Source: Myxococcales bacterium (GTDB lineage: Bacteria; Myxococcota_A; Polyangia; Polyangiales; DASUME01). Taken from it: 64,000 bases of DNA. The first letter of the stretch is position 1; the number at the start of each line of letters is the position of its first letter. Positions 47,258 to 54,700 of this stretch are shown here, piece by piece. The notes beneath the pieces are model-generated. The model was not told the origin of the DNA. It saw only the letters and a program-made list of their open reading frames with translations, and searched no databases. The translations under genes were made by a program, and so were the position numbers. The stretch is taken from contig JASGJH010000001.1 in the NCBI GenBank assembly GCA_047601445.1, positions 5,440,001-5,504,000 of the forward strand, in the 5' to 3' direction.

Positions 47258-48325
47258 ATGGACGAGCTGATTCACATCGATGGTTCGATCGGCGGCGGGC
47301 AGGTGTTGCGTAGCGCGCTCTCGTTGAGTGCGCTCACGGGCAAGCCCTTCGTCATCGAGTCGATCCGGATGCTGCGCGAGCGGCCCGGGTTGATGCGACA
47401 GCACCTGACGGCCGTGCAAGCGGTGGCCCGCATCTGCGGCGCGGAACTGCGTGGCGCAGAGCTCGGCTCGACGCGGCTCGAGTTCCGTCCGGGCCCTGTG
47501 CAGGCCGGGGACTACGAGTTCCCCATCGGCTCGGCGGGCAGCGCTTGCCTGGTGTTGCAGACCGTGTTGCCGCCGCTCGCCGTGGCGGGCGGTGCGTCGC
47601 AGCTGGTGTTCGAGGGCGGTACGCACAACCCGCTGGCGCCGCCCTACCCCTTTCTGGACCAAGTGTTCTTGCCGATCTGGGAGAAGCTGGGGCTGGGCGT
47701 GGAGCGTGAGCTCGTGCGCGCGGGCTTCTACCCGGCGGGCGGCGGGCGTTTCCGCGTGCGGCTCGAGCCGGTGGAGCGCGTGTCGCGGCTGGATCTGCTC
47801 GAGCGTGGGAGCATGCGGCGCATCTGGGCCGAGGCCTCGGTGTCGAATCTGCCGATTCACATCGCACGGCGCGAGCTTGAGGTCGTCAAGAAGCGCTTCC
47901 AGCTGGACGATGCGGATCTTCTGCTGCGCACGCCCGAGGCTTACGGGCCGGGCAACGTGCTCACCATTTGCGCGGAGTTCGAGCACGCCACGGAGATGGT
48001 GGTTGAGTTCGGGGCGCCCAAGCTGGCCGCGGAGCGATTGGCCGAGCGCGCAGTGCGGGCCCTCGGGCGCTACCTGGCGAGCGGCGCCGCGGTGGGCGAG
48101 CACCTCTCGGATCAGCTGTTGGTTCCGCTGGCGATGGCCGGTTCGGGCAGCTTCTCCACGCTCGAGCTCACGGAGCACGCGCGCTCGAACATCTCGGTGA
48201 TCGAGCGCTTCATGCCGGTGAAGTTCCAGGTGGAGAGCGAGTCGCAAGCACGGACGCTGGTGAAAGTGCACCCGATGTTCGAAGCCAGGGATGAACAAAC
48301 TGGGACCGACGTGATCGCGAGCTGA
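47258..48325 (+). CDS. rtcA: RNA 3'-terminal phosphate cyclase RtcA
   Basis: GGGQVLRSALSLS, RPGLMRQHL, GGTHNPLAP, GFYPAGGG, VGEHLSDQL, catalytic His in TEHARSN. Confidence 0.95.
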   Translation: MDELIHIDGSIGGGQVLRSALSLSALTGKPFVIESIRMLRERPGLMRQHLTAVQAVARICGAELRGAELGSTRLEFRPGPVQAGDYEFPIGSAGSACLVLQTVLPPLAVAGGASQLVFEGGTHNPLAPPYPFLDQVFLPIWEKLGLGVERELVRAGFYPAGGGRFRVRLEPVERVSRLDLLERGSMRRIWAEASVSNLPIHIARRELEVVKKRFQLDDADLLLRTPEAYGPGNVLTICAEFEHATEMVVEFGAPKLAAERLAERAVRALGRYLASGAAVGEHLSDQLLVPLAMAGSGSFSTLELTEHARSNISVIERFMPVKFQVESESQARTLVKVHPMFEARDEQTGTDVIAS

Positions 48326-48397
48326 GTCCGAACTCCGCGCGACGAGAATGACCTTCCACGTGCTCCTGCGCGGGCGCGGCGGGCGCGGTGCGTCCCG

Positions 48398-48409
48398 TGC
48401 TCTTTGACA
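48398..48409 (+). promoter_or_regulatory. boxA-like antitermination element
   Basis: TGCTCTTTGACA is 11/12 identical to rrn boxA TGCTCTTTAACA and lies 25 nt before the tRNA. Confidence 0.65.
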
Positions 48410-48433
48410 AGCGAAGTCTTGCCTCCGTTCTTT

Positions 48434-48510
48434 GGTGGACGTGGTGTAGTGGTCTGCACGCTTGGTTGTGGCCCAGGCAGTGGTGGGTTCGATTCCCCCC
48501 GTTCACCCCA
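48434..48510 (+). tRNA. tRNA-His (GUG)
   Basis: G-1:C73 identity pair, acceptor GTGGACG/CGTTCAC, D-stem GTGT/GCAC, anticodon arm CTTGG-TTGTGGC-CCAGG, T-arm GTGGG-TTCGATT-CCCCC (one mismatch), encoded CCA. Confidence 0.9.
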
Positions 48511-48650
48511 TGCAGCGTACGAGAGTACGCTGCAGTTCGCGCGCCTCGCCCGTCGAGGGAAACGCGGCCCGTGTGCATGCGGCGAGTCATCCCTCGCGGC
48601 ATCTGCAGGCGGGTTTCGCAGGGACGCGCGATGCGCGCATTTCGGTGCGC

Positions 48651-48723
48651 TTACCTATGGGTCGAGGGTTCGATTCCCTCCCGCGGCGCAAGCTCGGTAG
48701 CTCAGTGGTAGAGCAATAGGCAA
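48651..48723 (+). ncRNA. Circularly permuted tRNA-mimic domain, YrlA-type Y RNA-like
   Basis: Order is stem cctat, then T-arm GAGGG-TTCGATT-CCCTC, acceptor-like stem ccgcggc-GCAA-gctcgg closed by a tetraloop, TA, D-arm GCTC-AGTGGTA-GAGC, then atagg. True RNA ends unknown. Confidence 0.8.
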
Positions 48724-49067
48724 CCATGGGCCTGCGTTCACGCGCAGGCGGCCAACCTCGGCCAAGACGTGCGCTGGCCGCTTCTCATCTCTCATGGTGA
48801 AGCGGGCGCGTCCTCCCGGGAAACGCAGAGCGCAGCAGCGCGCGAGCCAGCCAGCCATGGACCGCTCGCGCAGCCCCGCGCTCCGCCATTCCCTGCGGAC
48901 GACGCGTTAGCTCAAGGCAAACGACGACCTCACGAGCCCTCGCTGACGCTTGCTGCGTCTAGAGCGCTGGAGGTCCTCCGCCGCCGAGCGGCTCGCGTGC
49001 GTCGCGGCCATCTATGTTCGCGCTCTCTGGGAGAGAGCGCTCGAAACGCTGAAAAAGGAGCGTCGTC

Positions 49068-50171
49068 ATGTACTGGTACAAGGTTCTGCGTGTGAAGTTG
49101 AACGAACGCGTCGTGCTGCTCGACGACGGGCTGCCACTGCGTGCCCTCGGGCCGGGTCGGCACCGCGTGTGGGGAAGCCGCTTGACGGAGGTGCGCTGGA
49201 ACCTGGACCAACTCGTGTTCGACGCGCTCCCCGAAGTGCGCGCGATGTTGCCCGCGGAGTGGTTCGAGGAGGTCGCCCTCCGAACGCGTGAGCGTGGCGT
49301 ACTCTTCAAGGACGGGCGTCCGCAGGTCTATTTGCGGCCTGGTGTGCACCGCTTCTGGAAGACCGAGGCCGGGATCACCCTGCGCGTCTTCTCCACGGAC
49401 GAACCCATGCCCGAGCTGAGCGAGGAGCTCTTGAAGCTCATTCCGGCCCACGAGTACACGCGCAAGACCATCGAGTCCTACGAGCGCGGTCTCCTGCTGG
49501 TGAAGGGTGTGCTGCGCTCGGTGCTCGAGCCCGGGCAGTATGCCCTGTGGTCCACGCCCGAGGACCCGGCGCGCATCCTGAGCGTGGACATGCGCACGCA
49601 GCAGGCCAGCCTGGCGGCCCAGGAGCTGATGACCCGCGACAAGGTCACGCTGCGACTGACGCTGACGGCCGAGTACGCCGTCGAGGATCCGGCGCTGGCC
49701 CACCAGGCGGTGAGCGATCTGCGAGACCACGTCTACCTGCAGACGCAGCTCGCGGCGCGCGACTACGTGGCCAGCGTGACCCTCGACGAGCTGCTGGAGG
49801 GGCGTGAAGAAATGACCCGCTATCTCGAAAGCGAGGTGGTGCCGCGCGCCGCGAAGGCGGGCGCACGCGTGCGGCGCATCGGCGTGAAGGACGTGGTGCT
49901 GCCCGGCGAGATGAAGGGGTTGCTCAACCGCGTCATCGAAGCCGAGAAGGCGGCCATGGCCAACGTGATCCTGCGGCGTGAGGAGGCTGCGGCCACGCGG
50001 CTGTTGGCCAGCAGCGCGCGCATGATGGCGGACCAACCGGTGCTTCTGCGGCTGAAGGAGCTCGAGACCTTGAAGGAGATGGCGAGCCAAATCGACGAGG
50101 TGCGGCTCGTGGTGGGGTCCGATGGCCTCGAGAAGCTCTTGCCGGCCCAGCTGATCGGCGCCGGGCGCTGA
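49068..50171 (+). CDS. SPFH/band-7 (slipin family) protein
   Basis: RBS aggag, repeated ERG.L..DG...L.PG.H N-terminal units, QELMTRDKVTLR, VKDVVLPGEMK, RREEAAATR, LRLKELETL. Confidence 0.9.
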   Translation: MYWYKVLRVKLNERVVLLDDGLPLRALGPGRHRVWGSRLTEVRWNLDQLVFDALPEVRAMLPAEWFEEVALRTRERGVLFKDGRPQVYLRPGVHRFWKTEAGITLRVFSTDEPMPELSEELLKLIPAHEYTRKTIESYERGLLLVKGVLRSVLEPGQYALWSTPEDPARILSVDMRTQQASLAAQELMTRDKVTLRLTLTAEYAVEDPALAHQAVSDLRDHVYLQTQLAARDYVASVTLDELLEGREEMTRYLESEVVPRAAKAGARVRRIGVKDVVLPGEMKGLLNRVIEAEKAAMANVILRREEAAATRLLASSARMMADQPVLLRLKELETLKEMASQIDEVRLVVGSDGLEKLLPAQLIGAGR

Positions 50172-50201
50172 ACGGGGCTTCGTGCCGCGCGAACTCCTCG
50201 C

Positions 50202-51068
50202 TCACTCCGGGCGCTGCGCGAGGCCCCACTTCGCGATGGCGGCGAGCGCCGACTCGCGGCTACCGAACACGGCGATGAAGCGGTTCTTGTGGCAGAACCT
50301 GGCGTCAGGCACGCCGACTACCTTGGAGAGCTCCTCGTCGACCAGGCCGGCCCAGGCCTCCGGCAGCGGACGCTTCTTATCGAAGCTGTCGTGCTCCGGC
50401 GGGATGGCCACGAGCTGCCAGCGATCGCCCTCGGGGAAGAGCGCGTAGTCCGTGGGGTGTTGCGCGCCGCCGAACTCGAAGTACGCGCGCTTCCACTTCA
50501 GGTGGCGATCGAACGTCATGATGCGGGTGTGGTCGCGCAGCGCCTGATCCATGGCCTCTTTCACCGCGGCGCGCGCGAGCTCGGTGCGCAGCTGAGCCTG
50601 GCGCAGGCCGCGCAAGATGCCCTCGCACAACTGAACCGCTTCGGCGTAGCGCTCGTCGAACTCGCCACTACTCTCGGCCTGCTCGCACAGCGCGCCGACC
50701 ACACTGGGCAGACACGGCACCCCTTCGTCGGGCTTGCGGCGGCCGTTGTCCACCGCGTCGATGTAGTCCACCCACTGCTCCCGCAGCTTGCGCGCGAGCG
50801 CGAGATCGACCCGACCCTCGCTCTCGAGCCAGCTCAGCACCATGCCAGCCGACGAGAGCGGGCCCGTGTATTCGCGCTGGTGGTGATCGAAGCGACCGCG
50901 CGCCGCGTCGTACTCCCCGCCCACGTCGATCGCGATGTCGGCCTCGGCAATGCGCGCGAGATCGCGGGTGCGCACGAAGCGCAACGCGGGGTCGAGGAAG
51001 CAACGCAGCAGCGCTCCCGCGAAGACGTCGTCACAGTGAAAGGGGCCTGAGTGCGTAGCGACCAGCAT
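50202..51068 (-). CDS. MYG1 family (DHH-fold) protein, putative 3'-5' RNA exonuclease
   Basis: ATHSGPFHCDD, RTRD, DVGGEYD, FDHHQ, SSAG, IDAVDNG, LPEAWAGL, FCH. Confidence 0.92.
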   Translation of the reverse strand: MLVATHSGPFHCDDVFAGALLRCFLDPALRFVRTRDLARIAEADIAIDVGGEYDAARGRFDHHQREYTGPLSSAGMVLSWLESEGRVDLALARKLREQWVDYIDAVDNGRRKPDEGVPCLPSVVGALCEQAESSGEFDERYAEAVQLCEGILRGLRQAQLRTELARAAVKEAMDQALRDHTRIMTFDRHLKWKRAYFEFGGAQHPTDYALFPEGDRWQLVAIPPEHDSFDKKRPLPEAWAGLVDEELSKVVGVPDARFCHKNRFIAVFGSRESALAAIAKWGLAQRPE

Positions 51069-51176
51069 CGCCCTGCTGTAGAGCAATCCTCGCCCCTGAC
51101 AAGTCTTTTGTACGGCACCCACCCTACCGCGAGGTTCGCTGCGCTCACGCTGTGCGCCCGGTGCCCGGGTCGGGCG

Positions 51177-51623
51177 TCAGCCGGCGGCTTTTTTGGCGAC
51201 CTCGTGGGCCGGCGACACGCCACGGTTGGTGGCGAGCTCACGCCGCGCTTCCTCGAGTACGCGCTCACCCTCCTGGAGGGAGCTCACCACGACGGTCACG
51301 TCGTCGCCGGGCGACGCCATCCGCGCCACGCGCGACGTTTGCAATCGCTGCACCGTATCGTCCGACAGATGCGCGCAGCGCACACAGCCGTGCTGTCGCG
51401 CATAGCCAATCTCGGCTCCCAAAACGGCCGCCACGTCCGGGTGGGTCGGCTTCATGCCTCGCATGTCCGCGAGTACGAGATGGGGCCGGTCATGAAAGCT
51501 GTCGGTTGCCTTACGGTACTCGGCAGCCCAGTCGACCATGTCTTCCATGGAGAACACACCCGCCATCTTGACGTACACCGTCATGCGGGCCTTGTCCGTG
51601 CGAATTTCGGATTCCTTCTTCAT
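51177..51623 (-). CDS. Small STAS/SEC14-like protein
   Basis: 148 aa from ATG 51623 (RBS gggg), HLVLADMRGMKP pattern. Confidence 0.6.
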   Translation of the reverse strand: MKKESEIRTDKARMTVYVKMAGVFSMEDMVDWAAEYRKATDSFHDRPHLVLADMRGMKPTHPDVAAVLGAEIGYARQHGCVRCAHLSDDTVQRLQTSRVARMASPGDDVTVVVSSLQEGERVLEEARRELATNRGVSPAHEVAKKAAG

Positions 51624-51781
51624 GTCCCCGCGTGCCTCTCCCACCGGTGAGCGACATGACCGCGCGACTCGCCGAAAGCCCTGCGATCGGACTCGGATCG
51701 TAACTCCGTTCCCTCGGCAGAGTCTATGCGTGTGTTTCCGAATTGGGAGCGCGCACCGACAACACCACTTGCGCTTACTGG

Positions 51782-54700
51782 CTACGACGAGCGCGCCCCG
51801 TCGAGCAGGCGGCGCACCGTGGCGCGCAAGGTGTCGGCGTTGAGGGGCTTCGCGACGCACTCCACCGAGGGGCCCATGTCGCGTCCGAGCGTGACGGGAT
51901 CCGAGTATCCGGAAATGAGCAGCACGGGCAGCGCGAGGTTCACGCGCCTGAGCTCGTCGACCAGCTCGTAGCCGCTCATGCCCGGCATGACCACGTCGCT
52001 GATCACGAGGTTCGGCGCTTCGCCCGCGCGCTGAACCAGACGCAACGCCTCGAGCGGATCCCGCGTGGTGAGCACGCGATAGCCGTCCCGTGCCAGCACC
52101 TCGCGCACCACGGTTCGCACGCTATCGTTGTCCTCCACCACCAAGAGAGACTCACCACGCCCGAACTGGCTCTGCGTCTCGGACCGCGGCGCCGAAGTCT
52201 GTTCGCCCTGTGCGCCCGCGCGCGGCTCTCCTGGCACGCTGTCCACGCGCGGCAACAGGATGTCGAAGCGGGTGCCCTTGCCGACCTCGCTGCTTAGCTC
52301 CACGCGACCGCCGTGCTGCGCCACGATGCCGTGCACGGTGGGCAGGCCGAGCCCCGTCCCCTTGCCCACCTCCTTGGTAGTGAAGAACGGCGCGAACGCG
52401 CGCCCCATGGCCTCCTTGTCCATGCCGATGCCGGTGTCACTGACCCGCAAGAGCACGCAGGGCCCGCTCTGCCCCTCGCCCTGCGCGCCCTTGGCATCCG
52501 ACACCTCCGGCAGCAGCACGTTGCGGGTCTCGAAGGTCATGCGCCCACCGCGAGGCATGGCGTCGGCCGCGTTCATGGCCAGGTTCATCAGCACGCGCTG
52601 CATCTGGGCGGGGTCCGCACGCACCTGGCCAAGGTCCGACGCCAAGTGCAGCTCGATCGCGATGTTCTCACGCAGCACGCGCCGCAACATGCGCTCGAAC
52701 TTGCCGAGCTCGGCGTTCAGATCGAGGATGTGGGGCTTCAACACCTGCTGACGTCCGAAGGCCAGGAGCTGCTTGGTGAGCTCGGCCGCCTGCTCGGCCG
52801 CGTCCTTCACCTGCGTCACGTGTCGGCGTACGGTGGAGTCCTCCGGCAGCGCCTGTTGAGCCAGCTCTGCGTAGATCAACATCGGCGTGAGGAGGTTGTT
52901 GAAGTCGTGGGCGACACCGCCGGCCAGACGGCCGATGAACTCGAGCCGCTCCGCCTGATGCAGCTGGTGCTCGAGGCGCGTGCGCTCGGCTTCGGCGGCG
53001 CGTTGCGGTCCGATGTCCTGGAAGGCGGCCATGGCGTAGCGAATGGCGCCATCCTCACCGAGCACGGGCGTGCCCCAGACGGCCAGTGGCACCACCTTGC
53101 CATCGATGCGGATCTCGATGTCGTCGACCATCGAACGCTCCCCGCGCAGCGCCCGCGCCAGCGGCGTGCGTTCAGTCGGATAGGGTTGGTCGGTGCCGGC
53201 CACGTAAATACTGTAAGCGCCGAGCGTGTCACCCGGCCAGCCGGCGTCCTCGTTGACCACGCGCAAGAGCTCGCCCGCGCGCCGGTTGGAGAAGGCATGG
53301 CGGCCCTTGGCGTCCACCACGTAGACGCCCACGGGCATGCCTTCGAAGAACTCTCGCAGCAGGGATTCGCTCGAGCGCAGGGCCGAGTTGAGCTTCTGAG
53401 TCGCTTCGAAAAGCTGGGCGTTCTCCAGGGAGATGGCCGCCTGCGCCAAAAGAACCCGCAAGAGCTCCAGGCGCTCCTCCGTGAACACTCCGTCCGCGAG
53501 CGAGTTCTCCAGGAACAGCAGGCCCGGCACGTGGTCACGGTGCCGTACGGCCATGCACAAGATCGACTTCGAGTGATGGAACACCACGTAGGGATCGGCG
53601 GTGAAGGGGCCGACCTGGCCTGCGTTCTCCAGGGCGACGTCCTTTCCGGTGCGCAGCGTGTAGCGGACGATGGCCTGCGACACGAGGGTGTCGTCTTCGA
53701 GGGGCGCGTCTTCGCTGGCGAGGCGCAGCTGGCTGCTCTGAAGGTCCAGGTGAGCCCGCACGCGGAACTCCCCCTGGCGAGACACGAGCAGGGCACCCCG
53801 CTGGGCCCCGGAGGCCTGCACGATCACGTGCAGCATGCGATCGAGCAAGACCGGCATGGAGATCTCGCTGGCCAGCGCCTGCGAGGCGCGTAGAGCGCTC
53901 TCCATGTCGAGCGACCAAGTCGGGCGTATCGCGGGCCCAGGTGACGCAGTGTACTCGAGTTGGACCTCGTCGAGCGCCCTCACCTTTCCGAAGGCCCCCC
54001 AGCGCTGGTAGGCCTCGCGGGCAGCCCGCGAGAAACCGCGGGCTACGTCGGTGTTGCCACGGCGTGCGTGGGCGCGCGCGGTGAGCTCGAGCGCGAGAGC
54101 TGCGTGGTGGGGGTAACCGTTCTCCGTGGCCAGGCGGATCGCTCGCTCGTAGAACTCGGCCGCCCGTACGCGACGGCCCTCGGCCTCGGCGAGCTCGGCC
54201 TGGACGAGTGCGTAGCGGTGTTGGAAGTTCACCGGCGCGCTCTCGGCCCATTGCTTCAACAGCGCGAGCTTCGGCTCGAGCAATGCCTCGATCTGCGCGC
54301 CCTCGAAGGCGGGATCGGAGCGCGCCTCCACCAGTGAGAGACAGACCAGGAAGGTGTACTCACTGAGCCGGAGGTTCGCGGCGTTGGCCTCCTCGATCAG
54401 CGAACCCGCCTCCAGAAGGACGCGCACCACCTCGCGATGGGCGCCGAACCAGGCGTAGGCCGTGAGCTTGCAGAGGAAGAGCTGGCCGCGTGCCGGCACC
54501 GAGTCGCGCTCGCGGATGTGCTGCCGTAGTTGCTCCTCGCTCAGGTCGTCCGTGCTCAGGCTCAGGCGCTCCAAGGTCTGACCGCGCAAGCAGCGCACGA
54601 GCTGCCGTAGCGTGCGCAGCAGGAGCAAGCGCTCGTCTCCTCGCAGCGCGCGGATCTCGCGCTCTTGGTGCTCCGCCTCGGCGCATACCTCCTGCAAGGG

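Noticed and set aside
47258..47320. RtcA N-terminus lacking the GE of GEGGGQ as a sign of inactivation
   Set aside because: All other motifs including the catalytic His are intact, and I recall this shorter variant in other proteobacterial RtcA proteins.
48661..48715. Conventional tRNA pair (3' half of one tRNA followed by 5' half of the next)
   Set aside because: No upstream D-arm/anticodon for the first or downstream T-arm for the second; the halves pair with each other as a permuted unit.
48388..49095. Short ORFs between rtcA and slipin
   Set aside because: No RBS or family motifs, and they overlap clear tRNA and tRNA-like structures.
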